The notes under the pieces are model-generated. The model ran no database searches. It was not told where the DNA came from and saw only the letters and a list, made by a program, of their open reading frames with translations. A stretch of DNA of 64,000 nucleotides from Mytilus californianus (taxonomy: Eukaryota). Every line of letters begins with the position of its first letter. The stretch's first letter is position 1. The position numbers and the translations under genes were made by a program. Positions 51,216 to 64,000 of the stretch are shown in pieces. Location: the NCBI RefSeq assembly GCF_021869535.1, contig NW_026262690.1, positions 65,410,001-65,474,000 of the forward strand. Reading direction: 5' to 3'.

Positions 51216-52019
51216 TATACTGAAATAGAAATGCTAATGCCATCATCTACAGACAAGAATACTCTCTACAGACCATGGTAAACAAATCACATTTTTCAGT
51301 AAAAGAGGAATACCTGAGTATGTGTTAAGTCAAAAACGTCATACTACATTAAGTAACCCCTTTTTGGTCAATTATGTTATTTGATTTTATCTCATTTATG
51401 TTTGTTCCACCACCATTTTAATTTTTATTCATACTGTCTAAACGTTGATCCAACTATAGTACAGAGATCATGTATCAATTTATTAATAGCTTTATATTTT
51501 CATATCATGATTACCGAAATACCATATATAAACACAAACTTTAACATAAAATTTAGTTTCTAAAAGAAGCCTATGGCATATTTTGCAGCAAATATTGGTC
51601 AGTGAACTTTAACCTATTCTTCATCCTTTTATAAATGAATGGTTAACCACTGGGTGACAATTAAAATCCCATCATGTGACTCTCTATAATTGGTTATAAA
51701 TGGTCGAGGTTAACATAAGAATCTTTCAATGATGAAATAAAAATCACACTTGGTTTTCTGCATAATTGCTACAAAATCAATCAAGGTATACTTCTTGAGA
51801 AGGAATAAGAAGATTTGGTTTCAGAAATTGACAATTTCTCTCTACTTCCTTGAAAAGACTGCATAACAAAATGAACTCCAAAAAACGTAGCTGTTATTGA
51901 TTGTTTTGAATTAACAGATCAAATTGTGTTCGGGAGAAATATTTTACATATAAAGACCTCTCTTTAATAAATATTTCTAACAAAATCTTATGGATTGATG
52001 CATGTTAATATTTCATTTA

Positions 52020-52222
52020 CTGTGGATTCATTTAATTTCGTTGGTACTAATTTTTCGAGGATTAAGGAATAATTGTATATTTGTGGATACTTTATTTCAT
52101 GGTTTGGCCGAAGTCTGCATACAAGCTTATAGATAATTTGTATTTTGTTGAACATTCAAAATAGTGGTTAATCTCTGCCCACAAAATCCACAAAAATTGA
52201 TATCCAGCGAATATTAAGGAAT
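52020..52222. mobile_element. MITE, ctgtggattcatt family, right end decayed
   Basis: Left TIR intact, body colinear with 51008-51215. Confidence 0.75.
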
Positions 52223-53639
52223 ATTATGATAGATAAACTTTACAATATTCTATATCCCATACAGATTTGCCTTATAATTCAATGTTACTTAAATTCTGTT
52301 GAAAAAAAAAGTTTAACAATGATCAATGAACCATGAAATGAAGTCAAAGTCAGATGAACCCTGTCAGATGGACATGCACACACTGAATACACAAAATATA
52401 CCGGTAGATAACCAATACTGCATAAAATTATTCAAGGATAACTTCCATTTGAAATAATAATATAACAAAACTTCCATCACTCCACAATTGAAGTACTTTT
52501 GATAAAATCAACTTAATTTTTACATATCCATCTTATAATCATTACAAATGTAGCTGACCCTACTACTTATAGTATATGAGAAAATAACCTAATCACAATC
52601 ACAAAAACTTAAACTTGACCATGAAAATGAGGTCAAAGTCAGATGAACCCTGTCAGAAGCACTTGAGAATCATTCTATAAACCAAATCATGTTGTGAATC
52701 TTATAATGATGTATTTCCCATTTGGTAATAGTGGTAAGAATTTACTCAAACTTTAAAAGCTCAATATTATAAATATTTGACTAAGACATAAAAAGTTATA
52801 TAGGAATCGAATTTGCGTACATATAGAGTAACTCTTTGTTCGATTGTTTTTTAATAGACAAGCAACTTAAATAAATAAAGCATCCCCCTTTTTTTTATCC
52901 TTATATTTCCATTGAAGATAGACCATGGATTTTTTAACTTTATAATATCCCCAATTTTGTACTGCTGGATTTGCTAAGAATTGCTCATAGATTGAGTTCC
53001 AACCATCCGAACAATTTAATCATAGTACTACTAAGATAATTTTAATAACAATTATTTAACAGCAAAAATACATGAGAAATAGTGGAGATACAACACTATA
53101 AAAATATTTTTCTCGGAACTTACTAGATTAATAAGCCATTATAATTCAATGGAAGTATGGAGACAGAACAGTGTAGTTCTGACAAAAACTTGTAGAGTGT
53201 AGAAATGTTGTATTATAGTTGTATAGGGAGATAGAACATGCACTTGGATCTCAAATATATAGCTATCTCCATTTTTATTAAAAAGTGTACATATAACACT
53301 ATAAGATTCACATGACGAAATATTGTTGACTATTACTTAGTACTTATGGTATCCTATAACAGCATAATAATGAAAACTATTAATTGACCACTGAATATCA
53401 AGTCAAGGTCAGATGAACTATGTCAAACAGACATGTACACTTTACAATCATTCTATAAACCAGATATATTGACCTATTAATTATTGTATATGAGAAACTG
53501 AACTTTGTTAGTCTGGGAAACATGATTTATTTATTAGTTGTAATTGGCTTTGAACTTGCTTTCAGAAACTGTCAGTTCTCTTAGATCATTATTTTCTGTC
53601 TTAAGTCTTTTTTTTTTTAGTTATTTTGTGCTTTGTGTC

Positions 53640-53925
53640 AATATGATGTGTAAAGCTTTTATCAACTGATTTTTACAGTTCGGTTTTATGTTGTGTTGTT
53701 CCACCATTGTTCCAGGTATGGGGAGGGTTGAGTACTTGCAACCACGTTTAACCCTGTCACATTCTGTATGTGCCTGTCCCAAGTCAGGAGCCTGTAATTC
53801 AGTGGTTGTCGTTGGTTGCTGCCTTTCATTTCTTTTACTGTTATGTATATTAGTGTAAATGTTGGTTTTCTCATTGGAATTGTTTAAATTTGTCAATGTC
53901 AGGGCCTTTTATAGCTTACTATCAG
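53640..53925 (-). repeat. Dispersed repeat, reverse copy (same family as 19965-20285)
   Basis: attctgtatgtgcctgtcccaagtcaggagcctgtaattcagtggttgt shared with 20030-20080. Confidence 0.78.
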
Positions 53926-54551
53926 TATGGCTAATTTTTTTCATATTAAAAAACACCTTCAATACTATGGGGTAACATACTGCATGACGATTTCTCTATA
54001 CAGGAAGCAAAATACTCATGATATATCTGCTTGAAAACAAAACGGTCATGCCAATCACTGACTTTGAATTGAAAGAATAGTTTCATTACGCTGAACCCGC
54101 TTTCTACGAACAACTTTCCATAGCAATACGCTTAAATTTTTCATCTCTTGATCAGTTTGAAGAAATTAATTTAAAATGCAACTTAAAAGTGCTTTGACCC
54201 ATAAGTATTCTGAAAGAACAGAGGTTCTTGGATAAGCACAGTAAAGAAGCACAATACAAATTATACATGAAATGCACGTTATTTAAAAGCAATATGGCTA
54301 CTGCAGGAGATAAACATCACAGATACATAAAGGAAATACTATTCAATACAATATTACAGAATGATTGGGGTAACTGAAATCAAGGCCAAAGTACCTATCA
54401 TACATATGTCTAAGTGTTCCCAAAGTTTGACATAAAATTTTATTTACAAGTGATCAATCTCTTAGTATTTTCAATATAAAATTGAACATAAAAGTATTTG
54501 CAAATGGTACATGATCTATACTCAATGTTTCCAAGATAATAAACTGTTATC

Positions 54552-55539
54552 ACAGAGATATGTCTCGCCTTTTTGTAACTTTGATAATGCAAATGTTGAA
54601 ATTAAAAAAGCAATACTTTTTAACATGTAAGTTATGCAAATATTCAAAGTTGATGAACCATGACTGAAGGTACATGGCTAAACAATCTCCATGGAAATGA
54701 GATGTGCCAGTGCTAATACAACTGCATACCAAATAGCATTGACTTATTATAGGTCGTTCCCTTTAAACAAACCTAAACACAAACATTAACTTGTAAACTA
54801 TGTAAAAGTTTCAAAGTCAATGAACAATGATGAGGTGGTGGGGCTATATAATCTCCAGGGAAACGATACTTGCAAATGCCAAGAAATTTGCATACCAAAT
54901 ACCACTGACTTAACATTAGCAGTTCATCTTAAAAGTGATCTAATCACAAACTAATAGGTGTGAACTAAGCAAAAGTTTCAAATTCAATAGACCATGAATG
55001 AGGGGATGGGGCCAAATGTTCTCCATGGAAATGAGATGTGCTAATGCTTATACAACTGAAAACCATTTAACATTGGCCTACCACTAAATGTTCCCCTTGA
55101 ACTGACCTAATCACAAACTAGTACATGTAAGCTAAGCAAAATTTTCAAAGTCAATAGACCATGACTAAGGGGGCAGAGCCAAATAATCTCCATGGAAATG
55201 AAATATGCCAATGCTTATACAACTGCATACCAAATATCATTGACCTACCACTAGTGGTTCCCCATAAACTGACCTAATCACAAACTAATACATGTAAACA
55301 ATGCAAAAGTTTCAAAGTCAATAAACCATGACTGAGGGGGCAGGACCAAATAATCTCCATGGAAATGAGATCTGCCAATGCTAATACAACTGCATACCAA
55401 ATATCATTAACCTACCACTTGTGGTTCAGCATAAACTAGACCTAATCACAAACTAATACATTGTTGACATCGCCGCCACTGACACCGGAAACAGCATACC
55501 TATGTCTAGCTTTTTGACTACGTCAAGGTGAGACAAAAA
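54552..55539 (+). mobile_element. Helentron/HINE-like element with five ~167-bp internal tandem units
   Basis: Subterminal atgtctcgcc, 3' hairpin atgtctagc-tttttgac-tac-gtcaag-gtgagac plus A-run. ctcca(t/g)ggaaa at 54687, 54853, 55021, 55188, 55355. Confidence 0.78.
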
Positions 55540-56316
55540 TGGACATTTAATAGTGAACTTAGTATAGTATTAATTCCTGCTTGTTGGATAAAAAAAATGT
55601 TTTCCATTGTAAAGAAAAGTATTTTGGCACTTCTTTTTATGAAAATAACATGAACATAACTAAAAATTGACAAACCAAATGGCCATTCAAGTGAAATTCT
55701 CAAAGCTGCAGATTTATTTTTCTTTCTATTTTCAAAATTTATCATAATAATTGTCTATTTTCAACCCAACAAACTCCAATCCAATAAAAAAAAAAAGAAT
55801 TTCATTAAATTTATTTTGGTTCCCTGGTTAACCATGTTAAGAGCAGCAGAATCCTGTTTACATTAAGTTTTTTTTTTTATTAAGAAACACCTTTAATACT
55901 ATGGGGTAACATATTGCATGAAGATTTCTCTTTACATGAAGCAAATACTCATGAAATATTAAACATATTCTAAATCAATGGATTTCAACTGTTAAAAGAT
56001 ATGTGTAAAAACCTTGGATGGATATCTTACAACAGTTTTATTAATAGTTTTATATAGAATCAACATGGAAGAAATTGGCTTGAAAAAAGGATAAAGAAAA
56101 ACAAGATAGACAAAGATCAGCTGATTTACCTGTAAAACCAAGCAACTGTTGCTTCTATAGAGCATACAGATAAACAATGTGCAATCCATGAATGGAAACA
56201 ATTAATACCATGACAATAAGCAACAGGCAAATCCAGTCAAAAAGTCTGGATTTTGAAAGTAACTTTGAGGTATCATTGGATCTAACAGTCAAAGTAGCTA
56301 TTCCAAAGCTGAAATA

Positions 56317-56510
56317 CTGTAGAAACATTAATTTTCGTGGGGTTAAAATTTTGTGGTTTTGTCTCTAAATAAGATTTCAACGGGATTTAATTTCAAGGTT
56401 TCCAGGAAATGGAAGCAATATGATATTCGTGGGGGTTTTAATTTAGTGGATATTATCTATCCACGAAATAAATGAAATTAAATCCCCCACGAATATTTCT
56501 GCTTTTACAG
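56317..56510. mobile_element. TA-flanked MITE (related family)
   Basis: TA|ctgtagaaacat...tgcttttacag|TA, internal ttcgtgggg/ccccacgaa inverted motif. Confidence 0.65.
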
Positions 56511-56829
56511 TATGTAATTTGCACTAAACATTGTTTTATTAGAACAAATTTTACCTTAACCTATGTTTACCTTAATTTTTTTTGTTTTTCAATAAATGTG
56601 ATTGTCATGATCATCACCTCCAATTCTAAAAAGGGATCACAAAGTATTCTTTTCCAAAAAGGCAGGGAGCGATTGACCCTTAACAAATTTCTGTAACGGT
56701 TGCATACAAATATTATCTCTATCAATCAGTTACAGATTGTGAAAAATTAAAATTCTCTTTACTGTTATTTAAATGTTTCTCTTGTAACACCTGTATCATA
56801 CATTGTAAGTGTTAAGCGGCTGCTGATAT

Positions 56830-57995
56830 ATGTGGACAATAGAACATAGGGAAACAGCAAATGTGGACCATAGAACATAGGGGAACAGCAAATGTGGACC
56901 ATAGAACATAGGGAAACAGCAAATGAAGACCATAGAACATAGGGCACAACAAGTGGACCATAAAACATAAGGAAACAGCAAATGTGGACCATAGAACATA
57001 GGGGAACAGCAAATGTAGACCATAGAACATAGGAAAACAGCAAATGAAGACCATAGAACATAGGGCACAACAAGTGGACCATAGAACATAGGGAAACAGC
57101 AAATGTGGACCATAGAACATAGGGCACACCAAGTGGACCATAGAACATAGGTCACAACAAATGTGGAACATAGAACATAGGGCACAACAAATGTGGACCA
57201 TAGAACATACGGGAACAGCAAATGTGGACCATAGAACAGAGGAAAACAGCAAATGAATATCATAGAACATAGGGCACAACAAGTGGACCATAAAACATAG
57301 GGAAACAGCAAATGTGGACCATAGAACAAAGGGGAACAGCACATGTGGACCATAGAACATAGGAAAACAGCAAATGAAGACCATAGAACATAGGGCACAA
57401 CAAGTGGACCATAGAACATAGGAAAACAGCAAATGTGGACCATAGAACATAGGGCACACCAAGTGGACCATAGAACATAGGTCACAACAAATGTGGAACA
57501 TAGAACATAGGTCACAACAAATGTGGACCATAGAACATAGGGCACAACAAATGTGGACCATAGAACATAGGGGAACAGCAAATGTGGACCATAGAACAGA
57601 GGAAAACAGCAAATGAATATCATAGAACATAGGGCACAACAAGTGGACCATAAAACATAGGGAAACAGCAAATGTGGACCATAGAACATAGGGGAACAGT
57701 ACATGTGGACCATAGAACATAGGAAAACAGCAAATGAAGACCATAGAACATAGGGCACAACAAGTGGACCATAGAACATAGGGAAACAGCAAATGTGGAC
57801 CATAGAACATAGGGCACAACAAATGTGGACCATAGAACATAGGGCACAACAAGTGGACAATAGAACATAGGAAAACAGCAAATGTGGACCATAGAACATA
57901 GCGCACAACAAGAGGACCATAGAACATAGGGGAACAGCAAATGTGGACCATAGAACAAAGGGCACGACAAATATGGACCATAGAAAACAGCAAAA
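56830..57995. repeat. 28/30/31-bp minisatellite (~39 units) with ~330-360-bp higher-order periodicity
   Basis: Units accatagaacatagggcacaacaa(at)gtgg and accatagaacatagggaaacagcaaatgtgg. Rare variant aaatgaatatcat at 57251 and 57611. Confidence 0.97.
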
Positions 57996-58405
57996 ACATT
58001 ATGGTGTTTCATTTGAATCTAAGATATGCATAGAATAATAAAGTAGCCTATATTTTTTAATTGATTTTTCTTATTATATACTGACAAAGTATTCTGACTC
58101 TATAACATGAAGTTGCTTTGATATGGACCTTAATCCGAAACTTCACTAAAGTCAGTCTGCATGAAATGTAAGTCATATGCAGTGCCTGTTTTACCTTTAT
58201 TTTTACTAAAAGGATTTATTTTGTTCAATATGTGAGTTGGATGACCAAATCATTACATGGATCAGGATTAATATAAAATTTGTGAACTGAAAAAAATGTT
58301 ATCCTTCTATGACTTATAGCAGCTTTAACCTGGACTTTTTCCCCAAAACTAACCTTTACAAAATATTGTTCCTCTGAAAGTTCTGGTTGCTTCGAAAAAT
58401 AAAAT

Positions 58406-59163
58406 AAACTAGAGGCTCTAAAGAGCCTGTGTCGCTCACCTTGGTCTATGTGCATATTAAACAAAGGACACAGATGGATTCATGACAAAATCTTGTTTTG
58501 GTGATGGTGATGTGTTTGTAGATCTTACTTTACTGAACATTCTTGCTCCTTACTATTATCTCTATCTATAATGATCTTGGCCCGGTAGTTACAGTGGAAC
58601 ATATTTTGTAAAAATTTACAAAATTTATGAAAATTGTAAAAAATTGACTATAAAGGGCAATAACTCCTTATGGGGTCAACTGACCATTTTGTAGATCTTA
58701 CTTTGCTGAACATTATTGCTGTTTACAGTTTATCTCTATCTATTATAATATTCAAGATAATAACCAAAAACGGCACAATTTCCTTAAAATTACCAATTCA
58801 GGGGCAGCAACACAACAATGGGTTGTCCGATTCATCTGAAAATTTCAGGGCAGATAGATCTTGACCTGATAAACAATTTTACCCCGTGTCAGAATTTCTC
58901 TAAATGCTTTGGTTTCAGAGATATAAGCCAAAATCTACATTTTATCCCTATGTTCTATTTTTAGCCATGGCGGCCATCTTGGTTGGTTGGCTGGGTCACC
59001 TGACAAATTTTTTAAACTAGATACCCCAATGATGATTGTGGCCAAGTTTGGTCAAATTTGGCCCACAAGTTTCAGAGGAGAAGATTTTTGTAAAAGTTAC
59101 CGACGACGGACGCCAAGTGATGAGAAAAGCTCACTTGGCCCTATGGGCCAGGTGAGCTAAAAA
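58406..59163 (+). mobile_element. Helentron/HINE-like non-autonomous element
   Basis: 5' actagaggctctaaagagcc...gctcacct, short GAC microsatellite, 3' hairpin gctcacttggccc-tat-gggccaggtgagc plus A-run. Tiny related relic at ~63548-63612. Confidence 0.82.
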
Positions 59164-59844
59164 TGTGTGGCAGACAAAAGAATAAGACAACCAAAAATGC
59201 CCATGCTCAAGCTTGCTTTTAAAAACGAAAATGGGACGGACTGAAAGATGGGACGGTCAAGGGTAACACTTAATGCCCCCTTTGCCATGCGGCGGGGGCA
59301 TATAAATATAATGCTTAACATGTTAATTAATGATTCTGGAAATGGGTTTGGGGAAGAGCTATAATTTGTGCCTGTATCAAATCAGGCTAACTAGACCATG
59401 TGTTATTTGTTATTTGTTGTTGTTTATAAGTCTATTTTTTTCAAATGAGTCAACTTTTGGTGTGGTCTATTGTACTGTTCAATATTTTTTGTGATTCCTT
59501 ATATTCTTGTATAAATTTTATATACATGTATAATAACCTCACATTGTGTAAATTCATAATTTAATTTGACACATGTACATTTTCAATTGCCATACTCTGT
59601 TGCCTTACTCTAAATAATGCTTTCAAATTAAAAATACGTTCATATCTTTTTTCATGTTTTTTATCATATTTTCTATCAAGATATAAATGATATTTGCTAT
59701 TTATGTTATATTCACATAAAAGGGTTAGAAAAAACAGAAAAATCAACCAATATTCTAAATTTTACAATTTAAATAAAACAAAACACACATGAATTAGTTT
59801 GCAGCAGAAAATGTAACTGTTTCTTAAGATAATACCTGTAGTTA

Positions 59845-60215
59845 TTGTAAAATTGAGAATGGAAATGGGGAATATGTCAAAGAGACAACAACCCCACCAA
59901 AGAGCAGACAACAGCCAAAGGCCACCAATGGGTCTTCAACGCAGCGAGAAAATACTGCACTCGGAGGTGGTCTGAAGCTGGCCCCTAAATAAAATTGTGT
60001 TCTAGTTCAGTGAAAATGGACGTCACACTAAACTCCAAAACATATAAATGAACTAAAATTAAAAAACATACAAGACTAACAAAGGACAGAGGCTCCTGAC
60101 ATGGGCCAGGTGCAAAAATGCGGCGAGGTTAAACATGTTTTGTGAGATCTCAACCCTCCCCCTATACCACTAGCCAATGTAGAATAAAGAAACACATAGC
60201 AATACGCACAGTAAG
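59845..60215 (+). repeat. Dispersed bivalve repeat (aaattgagaatggaaatgggg... type)
   Basis: Shares the ggctcctgac-tgggacaggc module with the repeats at 53640 and 19965. Confidence 0.7.
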
Positions 60216-60313
60216 AATTGTTTAATATCAACTTAATTGTAATCATTTGACATTGTATTCTCTGCACTGTAAAAATAATTATAAAGTTATATGCCTTTGT
60301 ATATTATGCAGTA

Positions 60314-60514
60314 CTGTGGATTCATTATTATTCGTTGGATACCAATTTTTGTGGATTTCGTGAGTACAGACGAAATCAAATCTTCAACTAATAACACATT
60401 TTCAATAGGTTTGTATGCAGATTTCGGAAAATCCACGAAATTAAATATCCACGAACATGAAAGTTTTCTTTAATCCACGAAAATTGGTACCCACGAAAAT
60501 AAATGAATCCACAG
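60314..60514. mobile_element. TA-flanked MITE, ctgtggattcatt family (opposite orientation to 51008)
   Basis: Perfect TIR, TA on both sides, body is the reverse of 51008-51215. Confidence 0.92.
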
Positions 60515-61765
60515 TATGTGTTTTGAAAAAATCAAATAAATGTTCAAAAAAATTCAACACATAAAAATATTATATGAATACAGTTCCAGTAATATTCAGA
60601 GTAAACAGCTTCAAGATATTACACTTTACAAGTAATTTTAAATTTTATCTATCATATGCCCCCTGCAGCAGGTGGGACATGTTAATATTTGATAAAACAA
60701 TTTGATAGGTATATTGATCCATGTACATAAACAACATAAAATATGTACATACAGCTGCTAAACAAATGTTAAGAGAAACAAAAGCTATCCATGTGGTTTG
60801 TCACACTCTCAGTCAGATAATACACCAATATCCCATCGTAAATTTTCTTTATAGAACTTAAAGTGTGACCTGTTTTGTTTTTTTTTTAATATGATTATTA
60901 TCCTACTTTTTGTTAACTACAGTATTCATAAATAATCAATATCATCATGATCATAAATAAATAACAAAATGCATTGTTTACAAATTACTTCATAGACCTT
61001 TTTTTTTTTTTCTTTTTTTTTTTATCACTATTATTATTATCCTAATTCTTGTTAACACATTATTCATAAATAATCAATATCATAAATAAATAATAAAATG
61101 CATTGTTTACAGCTATCAGGCTTTCAGCTTAATAAAAGGAACTATGGATCGAGGTCATTCTTCAAGTCTGATGAAAGTACACAAAAATACAGGTTGGAAC
61201 AAATGCATAGTATATTTCATAATTCCTTTATTCATTTGTCACTGAATCATTTATAAATGACAAATAAAAATAAAGTCTGGTACTGCAAGGTCTAATTCAT
61301 AACTCGGCTTCCAGTAACAATCAAAATACTTTTAATCATTTTTATACAGATTCAGTTAAAACTGTGGATTTTTGCGTTTGAAAAATTAAGACATTAATAA
61401 TTTCTGCATATTTAACACTGTAAATTGCTTTCTTTTTTTGTTGAATTAATGCAAATGAAATTATATCTAAACAAGAAAGTAAATTTTCCATTTGTTCAGA
61501 TGGATAGAGTTTAAATTTGTATTCACTGTTCAAAATCTAACCTGTCTTTTTAGTACTTTTCCATTTTATATGCATAAATTTGTCTTCATATATATTAAAA
61601 CATAGAATGTTAAGTCTAGCTATATCAATTACAGATTCAGCCACACGAAGAACAACGTCTTACAGTGGCCTTAACCAATAACTGAACTACATCCATGTTC
61701 ATGAAGACAGTCCTCCATGATTTTTCGATACTTGGAACTCACAATTTGACAAAAAAAATCCTTAC

Positions 61766-61935
61766 CTGAGCCATCACTGCACATCGCTGGATAATTAGAT
61801 AATATGTCTGCTGTGATCATCAACACCTGATCACGTTTGTTTATACAACAGCTGTCCTGGTCCTCGACACCATCTACACCATGTCTAATTACACTGGAAA
61901 GATTTTCCTTCAATTTATGATTATGTGGGGATCTC
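61766..61935 (-). CDS. RASGRP: Candidate upstream RASGRP exon (RSPHNHKLKENLSSVIRHGVDGVEDQDSCCINKRDQVLMITADILSNYPAMCSDGS-G)
   Basis: Open frame ending at strong phase-1 donor CAG|gtaagg compatible with exon 35063. 61936 is the first AG after a pyrimidine-rich tract. The 5' boundary is less certain than the donor. Confidence 0.55.
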
Positions 61936-63212
61936 CTAATCACGTTCACAGATGCAGCATTTACATAAACATGCAACAGAACAAAGTCAAAATAAAGGTC
62001 TCACATATAAAACCATATTTGATATCAAAAATATATCCTTTCATTTCAGAATCTTTGATTATGACGACATCAAAGTATATTTAGAGCATCTCCCCAGAAA
62101 GATCACAATTCTTTGCGTCAGACTTGGTATTGATTTTTTTCCCTAGCTTGTCTACCTTCAGTTTGTCTCAGCCAGCTCTCTCAGTCCAGGTACACAGAAT
62201 ACTGTTTGATTGATTTGCCCAAATCTATACCCAGATATCTAAATGATATTGATCATATTCAGCCTTATATAAAACACCTATAAATAGATTTCTCTTAGAA
62301 GTAAATGCTTAACTGACATTTAATCATTATATTAATTTATGAGGAAATTTTAAATCCAATATTTCTATTTATGCATTCACTGTTTTCTTATAGCTACATT
62401 CAGATAAGGGAATGTGTAGTTGGCTGAGGCTCTAATGTAGGTCTTGTGACTGAGTATCAGAATATATTAAATTAATCTTTCGTTTCATTAATCCTTCACT
62501 GATAACTTGTGATGTATCAATAGAAATAGGTGAATACAATTTTTATGTTCAAAAGCCAATTATACAGGAATATTATTAACCATGGTTATTGCTATAGTAA
62601 ACAATCATCAATCAAAAAGTGTAAAGATTTCCTTATGATTTTAGAACTGAAAATTAATATTGAATGTCTTATTGATGTTTATACCCTTCATATATATTTC
62701 CTTTAATAATCAATTTCTTAAATTTCTCTGATAATGAAAATATTGAGATGTGGCATGATTGAAAATTAGACAACAATCCACCAAAGGATAAGAAACTAAA
62801 CAACTGTAGGGCACTGTAAGGCCTTCAATAATGAGCAAAAACCCATACCCTATAGTAAGCTTTAAAAGGTCCTAGCATGACAATATGTGAAACAATCAAA
62901 TGAGTAAATCAACAGCCTGATTTATGATAAAAACAACAAAGGAAAAACAAATAAACATTCTAAAAATTGTAAGACATAAGTACTTAAACATTCATCAATG
63001 GCTACAAATACATCAAATCAAACCTGCATAAAAACGATTTGACAAATGTGCCATAAAAATGGGAGTTTTTAAATACCTAAGGATCATTAAACATTAAAAT
63101 CATATTAAAAGTTAACAATTTAAATCTATCAATCTTCTGTCACTACAATTCATGTTGTACCAACAAATTACAATTCATGTCACAAAATTCTTTGTAACTA
63201 ATCTGTACTTAC

Positions 63213-63266
63213 ATTCTCAAGTGTCTTTCAGGAGTGTCACAAAATCTTCATCAAAGGGAAGTAAAT
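63213..63266 (-). other. Candidate 54-nt 5'UTR exon ending in AT (would supply the first two bases of ATG)
   Basis: Strong acceptor tactttctctttttgacag and donor AAT|gtaagt. Stops in all three frames inside the exon. Confidence 0.5.
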
Positions 63267-64000
63267 CTGTCAAAAAGAGAAAGTATTACATTGCATTAAA
63301 AGTTGAATCTCAATCAGGTATTTCAAACCTATTTTGATGTTTTTACTACAAATAATAATTCAAATTGCTGAGATAAATAGAAAATTTTGTATTTGTAGTC
63401 AACATATTATCGTATGCATGACATCTTTAAAATATAAAATCAAATGTGCAACTTTTAAAGCTTTTTGTGATTTTCTACTACACAAATGTTTACATTTGGA
63501 ATTATTCCAAATATAAGAATATTTGGTAAAGGGATAATGAAAAATGAACCAGAGGCTCAATGGAGCTCACCTGACATTTTTGCATAAAATTTATATAATG
63601 CACCAAATGCTTTGGGTCAAGTGAGCTAGAAATATGATACAGATACAACAAAACAATACAGTGTTCATATACCAACTAACAAGCAATGAAATAAACTCAT
63701 ATTTGTTCTTCGTTAATTATTTTGAACATAAATCAGGCTCTTAGTTTTCTTGTTTGAATTGTTTTACAAGGGTTTTGCTCATTGTTGAAGGCCATACGGC
63801 TCCTATAGTTGCTAATTTCTATGTCTCTTGTGGAGAGTTGTCTCATTGGCAATCATACAATATCTTCTTATTCTTATATCAGATGACTCCTCAGTCAGGT
63901 ATAGCAATACATACAGTGAATGGTGTAATATGAGTAATAGATTTACTGAGAATGCAAACAGGATAAATTTATTTTATAAATCTAAACTTTTGATATACAT

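Noticed and set aside
56765-58012. Long ORFs of 389 and 395 aa (and shorter ones) on the minus strand
   Set aside because: They lie wholly in the 28-31-bp minisatellite, whose minus strand lacks stop codons by composition. They occur in several frames at once and show no domain or splice structure.
62241-62271. TATATAAG plus TCATTT as a minus-strand core promoter
   Set aside because: Spacing is short (27 nt), such motifs are frequent in AT-rich DNA, and a spliced exon further upstream (63213-63266) is a better explanation of the 5' end.

Overview
AT-rich eukaryotic DNA, inferred from its repeat families to be bivalve, probably Mytilus-like. There is no prokaryotic system here. The window is almost entirely one minus-strand gene, a RAS guanyl-releasing protein (RASGRP/CalDAG-GEF family). 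Twelve coding exons from 35063 down to 759 (1549 nt) splice in consistent phase into REM domain, CDC25 RasGEF domain, autoinhibitory linker and first EF-hand. The rest of the gene (second EF-hand, C1 domain) was not found in 1-758 and presumably lies beyond position 1. One intron (26519-30015) carries both U12 minor-spliceosome signals. Two phase-compatible candidate alternative N-termini lie upstream: 44931-44964, and 61766-61935 with a start codon apparently created by a splice junction from 63213-63266. The introns are packed with non-autonomous elements: Helentron/HINE-like elements with internal tandem arrays, TA-flanked MITEs, TTAA-flanked Kolobok-like elements, a SINE relic and several tandem arrays, some with higher-order structure. 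Most entries in the supplied ORF track are non-coding noise or repeat artefacts. All homology statements come from recalled family sequences, not from database searches.
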